DNA from: Pararhodobacter sp.
Lineage (GTDB): Bacteria > Pseudomonadota > Alphaproteobacteria > Rhodobacterales > Rhodobacteraceae
Length of the DNA: 64,000 nt
Reading direction: 5' to 3'
NCBI RefSeq assembly: GCF_036802785.1
Contig: NZ_DAIRVN010000014.1
Location: 5,402-69,401, forward strand
Part shown: positions 27,957 to 37,018 of the stretch, one piece after another
How positions within the stretch are numbered: the stretch's first letter is position 1
Layout of the letters: every line of letters starts with the position of its first letter
Notes under the pieces: model-generated
Told to the model about the DNA's origin: nothing
Database searches by the model: none
What the model saw: only the letters and a program-made list of their open reading frames with translations
Made by a program: the position numbers and the translations under genes

Positions 27957-30419
27957 ATGCGTCGACCAGCATGGGTCATCATGACCTATGCCGTCCTGCT
28001 GCTTCTGGCAGTAGCGATGGCTTTACCGAATTTCTTCCCCCAATCCCTCCGCGATACCCTGCCCGGCTGGGCCACCAGCCAGACCGTGCCCCTTGGCCTT
28101 GATCTTCAGGGCGGCGCGCATCTGCTGCTGGCCGTGGACCGCGAGGATCTGGCTCAGGCCCGCCTTCAGGACCTGCGCGAAACCCTTGTCGCCGCCATGC
28201 GGGCGCAGAACCTCAGCCCGGCGACAATCCGCACCGAGGGGCTGGTGCTTTCCGCCCCGGCAGATGATGCCCTCTTCACCGCCCTTCAGGGCGCAGCGGA
28301 TGAGGCGGCGGAGCCCGGCACCCCCCCGGCGTTCACGGTCGATATGTCCGATGGCACCCTGCATCTTGCCCTGACCGGGGCCGGGCTGGACAGTGCCGCC
28401 ACCAGCGCCGCCGATCGCAGCCTTGAGGTGATCCGCCACCGCGTGGATCAGGTCGGCATTGCCGAGCCGGTCATCAGCCGGGTCGGCGCGGACCGTATCC
28501 TTGTGCAGATGCCCGGTGTCGATAATCCGGGCCAGCTGCGCGCGCTTCTCGGGGCGACCGCGAAGATGGATTTCCGGATGGTGGCCCCCGCCGCCGGTCC
28601 CGGGGTTCAGATGCTGCCGCTGCGCGATGGCTCGGGCATGATTGCGGTTGAAGACCGGGTGGCGCTGTCCGGTGACCGGCTGGAGCGCGCCGCCGCCGCC
28701 TTTGACCCTGACACCGGCCGCCCCATGGTGACCTTTGCCTTTGACCGCGCAGGCGGTATCGCCTTTGCCGCGATCACGGCTGAGAACATCGGCGAGCGCT
28801 TTGCCGTGGTGCTGGACGGTGCGGTGCTGACCGCCCCGGTGATCCAGACCGCCATTCCCGGCGGTCAGGGCCAGATCACCGGCGAGTTCACCGCTGAGGA
28901 GGCGCAGACGCTGGCGGTGCTGCTGACCTCGGGCGCGCTGCCCGCCTCGCTTGAGGTGATCGAAGAGCGCAGCGTGGGTGCCGCGCTTGGCGCCGATTCC
29001 ATCCGCGCCGGGCTGATCACGGGCGCAGTGGGGCTGGGGCTGGTGGTGGTGGTCATGGTCGGGCTTTACGGCGGCTGGGGCCTTCTGGCCAGCGCGGTTC
29101 TGGGGCTGAACGTGATGCTGACGCTGACCGCGCTTGGCCTTCTGGGCGCCACACTGACGCTGCCGGGGATCGCGGGCATCATCCTGTGCCTTGGCATCGC
29201 GGTGGACAGCAACATCCTGATCTTCAGCCGCATCCGCGAGGAAACCGCGAAAGGCGTCAGCGCCATCAAGGCGCTGACGCAGGGCTATGCGCGGGCATGG
29301 GCCACGATCCTTGACGCCAATATCACCACCCTTCTGGCGATGGTGCTGCTGTTCATGTTCGGCGCCGGTGCGATCCGCGGCTTTGCCATCACCATGAGCC
29401 TTGGCATCCTGATCTCGATGTTCACCGCCGTGGTGCTGATGCGCGCCATGATGGAGGGGCTGGTGCGCCGCCGCAAACCCGCGCGGCTGGAGATTGCGCC
29501 GCTGGTGGGAGGCGTGCCGGCGCCCGGGGCGTTTTCCTTCATGCGGCGCGGGCGGCTGGCGCTGGCCCTTTCGGCGGCGCTGTCGGTCGGCGCGGTGACG
29601 GCGCTGGTGGTGCCGGGGCCGACGCTGGGGATCGACTTTACCGGCGGGGTGCAGATGGTGCTGCGCTCGGACAGCGCCGTGCCGCTGGCAGAACTGCGCG
29701 CGGCCATCGCCGCTGGTGTGCCGGGGGATGCCAGCCTTCAGGCCTTTGGCGACCCGAACGAGGTGCTGATCCGCGTTCAGGGTGCCGCCGGGCAGGCCAC
29801 CGTCGCGGCGGTCGAGGCTGCCGCCGCGCAGGCCGTTCCGGGCGCGGTCTTTGATCAGATCGACCTTGTCGGCCCCACCATCAGCGGTGAGCTTGCCAGC
29901 ACCGGGCTGATTGCCCTTGGCCTCGCCGTGCTGGCGATGCTGGGCTATATCTGGGTCCGGTTCGAATGGCATTTTGCCGCCGGGGCCATCGCGGTGCTGT
30001 TCCTTGATGTCACCAAGACACTGGGTGTCATCGCACTTCTCGGATGGGAGGTGAACCTGACCACGATCGTCGCGCTGCTGACGCTGATCGGCTATTCGGT
30101 CAACGACAAGGTGGTGGTCTATGACCGCATCCGCGAACATCTGCGCGGCGGCAGCGATGCCCCCCTTGAGCAGGTGATTGACCGCAGCCTCAATCAGGTG
30201 CTGGCGCGCTGCCTCTTCACCTCGGGCACGACGCTGGCTGCGCTCTTGCCCATGGCGCTCTGGGGTGGGCCAGCGGTTGCCGGGTTCGCCTGGCCGATGA
30301 TCGCGGGTGTGGTGATTGCGACCGCGTCATCGCTCTTTGTCTCCGGCCCGGTGCTCGCATGGCTTGCCGCGCGAAGCCCTGCGGCGATGCAGGGCGATAT
30401 GGTGCGGCAACCCGGCTAG
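27957..30419 (+). CDS. secDF: Fused protein-export membrane protein SecDF
   Basis: 820 aa. The SecD half has a periplasmic P1 domain and 6 TM segments (…GLDLQGG.HLLL…, IAGIILCLGIAVDSNILIFSRIREE). The SecF half follows (GIDFTGG…, LIGYSVNDKVVVYDRIRE). Confidence 0.9.
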   Translation: MRRPAWVIMTYAVLLLLAVAMALPNFFPQSLRDTLPGWATSQTVPLGLDLQGGAHLLLAVDREDLAQARLQDLRETLVAAMRAQNLSPATIRTEGLVLSAPADDALFTALQGAADEAAEPGTPPAFTVDMSDGTLHLALTGAGLDSAATSAADRSLEVIRHRVDQVGIAEPVISRVGADRILVQMPGVDNPGQLRALLGATAKMDFRMVAPAAGPGVQMLPLRDGSGMIAVEDRVALSGDRLERAAAAFDPDTGRPMVTFAFDRAGGIAFAAITAENIGERFAVVLDGAVLTAPVIQTAIPGGQGQITGEFTAEEAQTLAVLLTSGALPASLEVIEERSVGAALGADSIRAGLITGAVGLGLVVVVMVGLYGGWGLLASAVLGLNVMLTLTALGLLGATLTLPGIAGIILCLGIAVDSNILIFSRIREETAKGVSAIKALTQGYARAWATILDANITTLLAMVLLFMFGAGAIRGFAITMSLGILISMFTAVVLMRAMMEGLVRRRKPARLEIAPLVGGVPAPGAFSFMRRGRLALALSAALSVGAVTALVVPGPTLGIDFTGGVQMVLRSDSAVPLAELRAAIAAGVPGDASLQAFGDPNEVLIRVQGAAGQATVAAVEAAAAQAVPGAVFDQIDLVGPTISGELASTGLIALGLAVLAMLGYIWVRFEWHFAAGAIAVLFLDVTKTLGVIALLGWEVNLTTIVALLTLIGYSVNDKVVVYDRIREHLRGGSDAPLEQVIDRSLNQVLARCLFTSGTTLAALLPMALWGGPAVAGFAWPMIAGVVIATASSLFVSGPVLAWLAARSPAAMQGDMVRQPG

Positions 30420-30716
30420 GCCCCGGCCCTGGCGCCCGGTGCACTTTGCGCCGGGCGCCACGCCTCCGGCGCGCGCGCGTTGTTTTGCGGGCCAGACCCT
30501 GCGGTTGACGGATCAGAACATGCGCCCTAGACATACGATGAGAACCCCAAGGGCCGCCCATGTCTGCCACCGCCACACGCCACACCCTCAGCCGGCGCGC
30601 CGGTATCCGGTTCCGTGAGGCGGGGTTCGGGGCCACCGCACTTGCCGGTATCGCCCGGCGGATACGATCACACCGGCGCGCGCCTTTCGCGCGCCTGATT
30701 TCCTGAAGGCCCCGGC

Positions 30717-31322
30717 ATGAGCACACTCCTCCCTGGCCTGGACGGGCAACCGCGCTGCCGCTGGTGTGCCTCAGCGCCCGAATTCCTTGCGTATCACGAC
30801 AATGAATGGGGCTATCCGGTCAGCGATGACATCCGCCTGTTCGAAAAGCTCTGCCTTGAAAGCTTCCAGTCGGGGCTGAGCTGGCGCACCATCCTTGCCA
30901 AGCGCGAAAATTTCCGCGCGGCCTTTGCCGGGTTCGATTTCCGCAAGGTCGCGCTCTTTGACGAGGCCGATGTGCTGCGGCTGTTGCAGGACAGCGGCAT
31001 TGTGCGTCACCGGGGCAAGATCGAAGCGGTGATCAACAATGCGCAGCGCACCTGCGAACTGGTGGAAACCGAAGGCTCCCTCGCCGCGTTCCTCTGGCGC
31101 TTCGAGCCGGAGGAGGACGCGGTCGCGCCGCAAAGCCGCTCCACCTCCCCCACCTCGGAGGCGCTGTCAAAGGCGCTGCGCAAGCGCGGCTGGAAGTTTG
31201 TCGGCCCCACCACGGTCTATGCCTTCATGCAGGCCATGGGGCTGATCAACGACCATGCTGCGGGCTGCGTGATGCGCGCCAAGGCGGAAGCGGCGCGGGC
31301 GGCGTTCCGGCGCCCGTCATAA
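30717..31322 (+). CDS. tag: DNA-3-methyladenine glycosylase I
   Basis: RCRWC....YHDNEWGYPV.DD..LFE.L.LE.FQSGLSW.TIL.KRENFR.AF..FD, the Tag Zn-snap and HhH motifs. Confidence 0.9.
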   Translation: MSTLLPGLDGQPRCRWCASAPEFLAYHDNEWGYPVSDDIRLFEKLCLESFQSGLSWRTILAKRENFRAAFAGFDFRKVALFDEADVLRLLQDSGIVRHRGKIEAVINNAQRTCELVETEGSLAAFLWRFEPEEDAVAPQSRSTSPTSEALSKALRKRGWKFVGPTTVYAFMQAMGLINDHAAGCVMRAKAEAARAAFRRPS

Positions 31323-31330
31323 GCACGCCT

Positions 31331-31930
31331 TCAGGGCTGAACCTGAAACACCGCCATCTGGCTTGCGCCGCCGAAATCAGGGTGACACCCCGCGATATCG
31401 CTGAACCGCACCGCATAGCCCCAGACCCCGGCCACGCGCTGCCCCCAGCTGCGGAACCGGGCGCGCGGCCATTCAAAACGGTGATCGGGGTGGCGGAAGC
31501 GGTTTGGCGGCACGCCCAGCAGCGGGTTGAATTCGGCATTCGGGGTGGTGATGACCACCCTGCGCGGCCGCATCTGGCCAAAGACGGCGCGTTCAAGCTG
31601 GGACAGATGCGACGGATCAATATGCTCGATCGTCTCGATCAGCACCGCGCAGTCGAACCCCGCCAGCGCCGGGTCACCCACCGTCATCGAGGCGCGGCGC
31701 AACGCAACTGACCCCGCCGCGACCGGCTGTTTGGCCAGCCTGCCCCGCAGCCGCTCAAGCGAGGCTTCGCAGATGTCGATGCCGACCAGACGCGCGATCC
31801 CGGGCGTGGCGGCCAGACGCACGAACAGATCACCATCACCGCAGCCCAGATCAAGCACGCTCTGCGCGCCGCCCTCAAGGACAACCGCCAGCGCCGCCTC
31901 AAGGCGTTGCTCATGCAGCCAGCTTGTCAT
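31331..31930 (-). CDS. Stand-alone Hen1-type methyltransferase domain (putative RNA 3'-terminal ribose 2'-O-methyltransferase)
   Basis: 199 aa from ATG 31930, which overlaps the upstream stop as ATGA. LHEQRLEAAL..., motif I VLDLGCGDGDL, LIETIEHID, VITTPNAEFN and FRHPDHRFEW...SQMAVF align motif by motif with the Hen1 catalytic domain as I recall it. Confidence 0.75.
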   Translation of the reverse strand: MTSWLHEQRLEAALAVVLEGGAQSVLDLGCGDGDLFVRLAATPGIARLVGIDICEASLERLRGRLAKQPVAAGSVALRRASMTVGDPALAGFDCAVLIETIEHIDPSHLSQLERAVFGQMRPRRVVITTPNAEFNPLLGVPPNRFRHPDHRFEWPRARFRSWGQRVAGVWGYAVRFSDIAGCHPDFGGASQMAVFQVQP

Positions 31931-32595
31931 GCCGCGCCCCCCGCCGGTGGCCGCTGCATCAGGACAACATCCTTGACGGGCACCACACACTCCCAGCCCC
32001 AGAGCCGCGCGAGATGGTGAAACGTGGCCTCGCGGTAGAACACCACATGCGTGGGGTCCTTGCGGTAGTGCCACTGGGCAAAGCGGGCATCGTCGGTCTG
32101 AAAACAGGTCATCACCGCCAGCCATCCCCCCGGCCGCAGCAGCGCGCGCAAGCGGGTGAACTCGGCATGCGGGTGGTGGAAATGCTCGGCCACCTCGGTG
32201 CAGGTGATGAAATCATAGGTCGCGCGCAGGGGTGCCGGATCGGGGGCGAAAAACGGATCATAGAGCGCGACCGCATGCCCGGCCTCGCGCAGCATCGCGG
32301 CCAGCGCCGGGCCGGGGCCGCAGCCATAATCCAGCCCCTCGGCGGCGGGGGTGAGCCGTTCCAGCAAGGGCTCTGTCAGGCGCGACAGGAAGCGGCGATA
32401 GCGCAGATCGTCAGGCGCGTTCTCATGATGCAGGTAATGCGCGTGTTCGTCCCTGGCCGTGGGCCGCAGAGCAGGCGCAAGGAAACGCGCCTCGCAATCC
32501 GGGCAGCGCCAGTAATCGCGGCCGCCGATACGCGCGAAGGCCTCGGCGCGCGGTTCTGCGCAGACCGGGCACTGTTGCAGCGGGGCCTCGCTCAT
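31927..32595 (-). CDS. Class I SAM-dependent methyltransferase with an N-terminal CxxC...CxxC zinc ribbon
   Basis: ATG 32595 (MSEAPLQQCPVCAEP...WRCPDCEARF). Motif I is GLDYGCGPG. The EVAEHF acidic/His loop is present. The longer ORF to 32724 has no support. Confidence 0.75.
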   Translation of the reverse strand: MSEAPLQQCPVCAEPRAEAFARIGGRDYWRCPDCEARFLAPALRPTARDEHAHYLHHENAPDDLRYRRFLSRLTEPLLERLTPAAEGLDYGCGPGPALAAMLREAGHAVALYDPFFAPDPAPLRATYDFITCTEVAEHFHHPHAEFTRLRALLRPGGWLAVMTCFQTDDARFAQWHYRKDPTHVVFYREATFHHLARLWGWECVVPVKDVVLMQRPPAGGAA

Positions 32596-32853
32596 CCGCG
32601 CCCCCCATGCCGTGACCTGCCCGGGGCGCCGACGGGGCCGGGTGGCAGAAGCGGAGCGGCGATATCGGTGAACAACTGGCGCATGAGGACGGCCCGGAAA
32701 GGGCCTTGCCGCCTTTCGTGACAACCCGGGGAATGCGGCTTTATCGGCGCTTTCGGATCAGGTTTCAACTACCGCCCTTCGTCAGCCCGCGCATGCGGTT
32801 TCGCGGGCGGGCTGAAACTGCGATAAGAATGCCGTCACAGAGAGAACCACGCC

Positions 32854-33297
32854 ATGAAACTCGCCCATATCAACATCGTCACCCGGGATGCAGATGCGCT
32901 TGCCCGGTTCTATGTCACCGCCCTTGGCTGCGCAGCCCTGCGCGAACCCCGGGTTCTGTCAGGGGAGAAGGTGTCGCGCGGTAACGGGCTTGCGGGTTGC
33001 GATATCTGTTCAGTCTGGCTTGGGTTCCCCGGTGCGGACACACCCTTTCTGGAGCTGCATCAGCACAAGACCAGCCCGGAGCGCGGGCCATCGGGCGTGA
33101 ATGCGCCCGGCATCCGCCATCTTGCGTTTCGGGTAAAAGACATCCACGCAATGCTCTCGGCGATCATCGGCGCGGGCGGCGCCGCGCTGGGTGACATCAC
33201 CGATTTCGGGACGGCGCAAAGCCCTTATTACATCGTCTATGCAAGCGACCCCGAGGGCAATATTCTGGAGCTTGAGCAGTCCGGCGAGAACATCTGA
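32854..33297 (+). CDS. VOC-family (glyoxalase/bleomycin-resistance/dioxygenase fold) protein
   Basis: MKLAHINIVTRDADALARFY... with HLAFRV and DPEGNILEL, typical paired beta-alpha-beta-beta-beta modules. Confidence 0.8.
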   Translation: MKLAHINIVTRDADALARFYVTALGCAALREPRVLSGEKVSRGNGLAGCDICSVWLGFPGADTPFLELHQHKTSPERGPSGVNAPGIRHLAFRVKDIHAMLSAIIGAGGAALGDITDFGTAQSPYYIVYASDPEGNILELEQSGENI

Positions 33298-33619
33298 AAA
33301 GGCGGCTGCGCGGGCGGTGAAAACCCATAGCCGGAACTGCCCCTGCAAAACGCCCTGCCAAACCCGGGCCTCGCCACTCTTGCCACTGACTGTGGCATGC
33401 GGTCACGGTCGTGCGGGTGGTGCAGGCCTTTGACTGCCGCGCAAAACGCAATGATCCGGGGATGGAGGCGGCTCTCGTTGCCAATCGGCTTGGCTTCGCC
33501 GCACTTTTCATCTTTTATGGCATCACGCGACCGGGCAGATTTGCGCCCACACCGCAAGGAACCCACTTCATCGCCATCCCGGCGCTGACGCGCGTTGGCC
33601 AAAGCCGTGCGAGGCAGTC

Positions 33620-34093
33620 ATGACCCGGCCTGATCTGGCTGCACCACCTGCGGAACTGCTGTTCCACCATGCCCGCAGCATCGCCCTTCCCCAACCGATG
33701 AGCGCGCTTGAGGCATGGAACCGGCTGATGCAGCAGCCCCTGCCCGGCATGGCGCTGGCCTTCCGGCTGCGCGATGCTATCTCGGCGCGTTTTGGTGTGG
33801 CGCGGATCGGCGGCTTTTCCGGGCAGCCCGCCCGGCAGCCGCAGATCGGCGAGCGGCTGGATTTCTTCCTGATCGAGCGGATTGAGCCGGAGATGCTGAC
33901 GCTGTCGGTGCGCGACCGGCATCTGGATGTGCTGACCTGCGTCACCACCCATGCGCAGCGGCTGACCATCACTTCCTCGGTCAAGGTGCATAACCTGTTC
34001 GGGCGCGCCTATATGATCCCCGTCGCGCCCGCGCACCGGCTGATCGTCATGCTGATGATGCACCGCCTGAAGCGGGCGCTGGCGGGGCCTTAG
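33620..34093 (+). CDS. DUF2867-domain protein
   Basis: 157 aa. ...RLRDAISARFGV...GERLDFFLIERIEPEMLTLSVRDRHLDV... resembles DUF2867. Its stop overlaps the convergent sigma-factor stop. Confidence 0.65.
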   Translation: MTRPDLAAPPAELLFHHARSIALPQPMSALEAWNRLMQQPLPGMALAFRLRDAISARFGVARIGGFSGQPARQPQIGERLDFFLIERIEPEMLTLSVRDRHLDVLTCVTTHAQRLTITSSVKVHNLFGRAYMIPVAPAHRLIVMLMMHRLKRALAGP

Positions 34094-34980
34094 TGCGCCT
34101 CATCGCCGCGCAGATGCCGCAGTTTGTCAGGGTTGCGCACAATCCAGACGGCGGTGATTTTGCCCGCGCGGATACCCAGCGCGGTGGCCTGCAGCACATT
34201 CCCCGGCTCGCGCGTCACAAAACCCGGCGCGCCGTTGATCAGCCGGATCGGCGGCAGCGGCGGCGGTGGAAGGGGGCGTTTGCGCGCCAGCCCGGCGAAC
34301 AACCCCACTGCCCGTCTGCGCCCGCGCAGCACGTTGATCGCCGCAGGCACCTTGCCGCCGCCATCGGTATGCACCTCGATGTCTTCGGCGAAAAGCGCGG
34401 TCAGCGCCTGCATGTCACCCGTGCGGGCCGCGTGCCAGAAGGCCGCGACGAGGGGTGCGGTCTCGGCACGCGAAGGCGCCGGGCCCGGGTCTGCCCCGGC
34501 CATCCGTTTGCGCGCGCGTGACACAAGCTGGCGGCAGGTTGCGGGGCTGCGCCCCACCACGGCGGCAATCTCGTCAAAGGAATAATCAAAGGCATCGCGC
34601 AGCAGAAACGCCGCGCGCATTTCCGGCGTCAGGCGGTCAAGGGTCAGGATCAGCGCGATCCCCACATCCTCGGCCACAATCCAGCTTTGTTCCGCATCCA
34701 GTGCTGTGTCGTGAACCAGCGGGTCGGGCAGCCATGCGCCCACATAGCGCTCGCGCCGCGCCCGGGCGGATCTGATCTGATCAAGGCACAGCCGGGCAAC
34801 AAGCGTGCCAAGATAGCGCGGGGGCGTGTCGATTGCGGCCAGGGGCTGCGCGGCAAAGCGTATCCATGCCTGTTGCAGGATGTCCTCGGTATCCGCCACC
34901 GACCCCGTCATGCGATAGGCGAGCCCCGCCAACCGGCGGCGCTCGCTCTGAAACAATGCCAGATGCCCTTCAGGCTGCAT
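34090..34980 (-). CDS. ECF41-group (SigJ-like) RNA polymerase sigma factor with a C-terminal SnoaL-like extension
   Basis: Sigma2/sigma4 regions are present (LAGLAYRMTGSVADTEDILQQAWIRF; FDEIAAVVGRSPATCRQLVSRARKR). The three ECF41 signature motifs are present: WLPDP, DGGGK and NPDKL. ATG 34980 overlaps the CMD gene's 3' end by 11 nt. Confidence 0.85.
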   Translation of the reverse strand: MQPEGHLALFQSERRRLAGLAYRMTGSVADTEDILQQAWIRFAAQPLAAIDTPPRYLGTLVARLCLDQIRSARARRERYVGAWLPDPLVHDTALDAEQSWIVAEDVGIALILTLDRLTPEMRAAFLLRDAFDYSFDEIAAVVGRSPATCRQLVSRARKRMAGADPGPAPSRAETAPLVAAFWHAARTGDMQALTALFAEDIEVHTDGGGKVPAAINVLRGRRRAVGLFAGLARKRPLPPPPLPPIRLINGAPGFVTREPGNVLQATALGIRAGKITAVWIVRNPDKLRHLRGDEAH

Positions 34981-35425
34981 CGGCGCGCAAGGGATGGAGC
35001 GCACGGAAACCGACGGCAAAGCGGTTCCAGCCGTTGATGGCGATGATCACCAGCGTCAGGTCCACGCATTCCTTCGGCGTGAAGGCATCCGTCAGCGTGG
35101 CGTAATCGGCATCCGGCGCACCCGTGGCCTCGATCCGGGTCAGCGCCTCGGCCCAGCCAAGGGCGGCACGCTCACGCGCATCGAACACCGGGCTTTCGCG
35201 CCATGCGGCCAGCACATCCAGCTTTTGCTGCGACAGGCCCGCGCCCCTTGCATCGGGCGCATGCATGTTCAGGCAATAGGCGCAGCCATTGATCTGCGAC
35301 ACCCGCATCTTGACCAGTTCGCGCAGTACAAGCGGGATCGACAGCGCCTGCGTTTCCTCCTCAAGGGCCAGCATCGCCTGCACCGCTTTGGGCGAGGCTT
35401 TGAAATAGTTCAGTCTCTCGGTCAT
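34970..35425 (-). CDS. Carboxymuconolactone decarboxylase-family / AhpD-like protein
   Basis: 151 aa with the CxxC motif in VSQINGCAYCLNMH, typical of AhpD/CMD. Confidence 0.85.
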   Translation of the reverse strand: MTERLNYFKASPKAVQAMLALEEETQALSIPLVLRELVKMRVSQINGCAYCLNMHAPDARGAGLSQQKLDVLAAWRESPVFDARERAALGWAEALTRIEATGAPDADYATLTDAFTPKECVDLTLVIIAINGWNRFAVGFRALHPLRADAA

Positions 35426-35510
35426 GTTCGGCTCTCCATCCTCTGGTCTGACAGAAACAAGACGAAGGAAGCGGGGGGTTTGTGACAGCGCCGGGGAAAA
35501 TTCCCGCCGC

Positions 35511-36356
35511 TCAGGGGAGGTGCCGGATATGCCGGACCACGCGCTCTGTGATCGCTGGCAGCGTTGCGTCGGGCAGTTCGTGCCCGACCCCCGGTAGCGT
35601 CAGAATTTCCGCCCCCGCGATCCCTTCCACGATGGCCCGCCCGTTTGCGACAGGCAGAAGCGGGTCGTCCTCACCATGAATGACCAGAACGGGCTGCGTG
35701 ATGTCCCGGAAGCGCCCGGTCCAGTCTTCGCGCAGCGTCAGAGCGGCGTGGTTGAACATGCTTGCCGGGCTGTCGCTGCGCGCCAGAACCTGCTCAACCC
35801 GTGCGCGCGCCTGCGCTGCGTCAAAGGGCTGGCCCGGCCCGGCGCTCAATGCGTCAATCCCCGCCAGAAAGCCGATCACCGCGTCCCTGTCCGCCCAGTC
35901 CAGCGTTTGCAGGCCTGCAAGGTGATCGAAAAACGCCTGCGGGATGTTGGGCAGTGCCGGGCCGTCCCAGCCCAGCGGCTCGGCTGCGAGCAGAACCAGC
36001 GCCCTGACCCGCGCGGGGTGCTGCAAGGCCACCATCTGCGCAAGGTAGCCGCCCAGCGACATGCCCATCAGCGTGGCCTGTTCCAGAGCGTAGCCATCCA
36101 GAACGGCGATCACATCGGCGGCCAGATCCTCGGCGGTATAGCTGGCCTGCCCGGCCGGCAGCGTGGTGGACTGGCCGGTGTCGCGGTGATCGAACCGGAT
36201 TACGAAAAAGCCCTGCGCGGCAAGGTCGGTGCAAAGCCGCTCAGGCCAGCCCAACATCGAGGCCGTCGCCCCCATGATGAGAAGGATCGCCGGATCGGCC
36301 GCCGACCCGAACGATTGCGTGGCAATCCGCGCGCTGCCTGACTCAACCATCCGCAT
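35511..36356 (-). CDS. Alpha/beta-fold hydrolase
   Basis: The oxyanion region is ILLIMGATAS and the nucleophile elbow is MGMSLGG. The C-terminal region has HGEDDPL...GHELP. GAGGAGAG lies upstream of the ATG. Confidence 0.85.
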   Translation of the reverse strand: MRMVESGSARIATQSFGSAADPAILLIMGATASMLGWPERLCTDLAAQGFFVIRFDHRDTGQSTTLPAGQASYTAEDLAADVIAVLDGYALEQATLMGMSLGGYLAQMVALQHPARVRALVLLAAEPLGWDGPALPNIPQAFFDHLAGLQTLDWADRDAVIGFLAGIDALSAGPGQPFDAAQARARVEQVLARSDSPASMFNHAALTLREDWTGRFRDITQPVLVIHGEDDPLLPVANGRAIVEGIAGAEILTLPGVGHELPDATLPAITERVVRHIRHLP

Positions 36357-36397
36357 ATCGCTCTCTCCTCTCTGGCCCGCGCATGCGGCGACCCCAT

Positions 36398-37003
36398 TCA
36401 GGCCTTTGCAGAACCCACAAGAACCGCCAGCAACTCGCGCACCGCCTCTTCATAAAGCTGCGCATCCGCCCCGCCTGCGATGGCCAGCGCGGCACGGTCG
36501 AACAGGGCCGATACAAGATCGGCAAGCGCATTCACCCGCCCTGTTGTAGCATCTTTCCCCAAGGCCTCGGCAAGCCCCAGCCGCAGCTCACGCCCGCCGG
36601 TTTCAAGGTCGATCCGGCGCATGGTTTCCGGGCTGAGCACGGCAGGCCCTTCCAGCAGCATCAGCCGCACCCGGCCCGGCACACGCATCGCCGCAAAGAA
36701 CGCCTGCGCACCCTCCATGAGCGCCGCAAGCGGGGTCTGCGCATTGGCAGAGCCCGCCTCGATCCCGGCGGCAATCTGCGCGGCCTCGGCCTCGACCACG
36801 GCCAGAAACAGCGCCTGCTTGTCCTTGAAATGGTGGTAGAGCGCGCCGCGGGTCAGCCCTGCGCGCTCCACCACCTCGGGCGTGCCGGTGGCGGCATAGC
36901 CCTTTTCCAGAAACAGCGCGCGCGCGGCCCCCAGAAGCGCGCCCCGGGTTTCCTGACGGCGGTCATGGTTGGAACGTCTCTCTTGCATACATACAGCCTG
37001 CAT
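36398..37003 (-). CDS. TetR/AcrR-family transcriptional regulator
   Basis: HTH: TRGALLGAARALFLEKGYAATGTPEVVERAGLTRGALYHHFKDKQALF. The start could be ATG 37003 or ATG 36988. Confidence 0.8.
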   Translation of the reverse strand: MQAVCMQERRSNHDRRQETRGALLGAARALFLEKGYAATGTPEVVERAGLTRGALYHHFKDKQALFLAVVEAEAAQIAAGIEAGSANAQTPLAALMEGAQAFFAAMRVPGRVRLMLLEGPAVLSPETMRRIDLETGGRELRLGLAEALGKDATTGRVNALADLVSALFDRAALAIAGGADAQLYEEAVRELLAVLVGSAKA

Positions 37004-37018
37004 GTTAATTCACAGATA

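Noticed and set aside
28023-30140. A 705-aa minus-strand ORF.
   Set aside because: It lies antisense to the fused secDF gene. The product is His/Arg/Gly/Asp-rich with no TM or domain signatures.
30431-30459. A GC-rich hairpin (GGCGCCCGG...CCGGGCGCC) after secDF and a second one (GGCGCGCG-CCTTT-CGCGCGCC, 30675-30695) before tag.
   Set aside because: Neither is followed by a T-run. In a genome this GC-rich such stems arise easily, so I did not call them terminators or regulatory elements.
33411-33623. A 70-aa ORF (or 53 aa from ATG 33462) whose stop overlaps the DUF2867 ATG as ATGA.
   Set aside because: Third-position GC is about 66% by my count, well below neighbouring genes. There is no RBS and I recognise no family. 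The ATGA overlap alone is not enough. It is possibly non-coding leader sequence.
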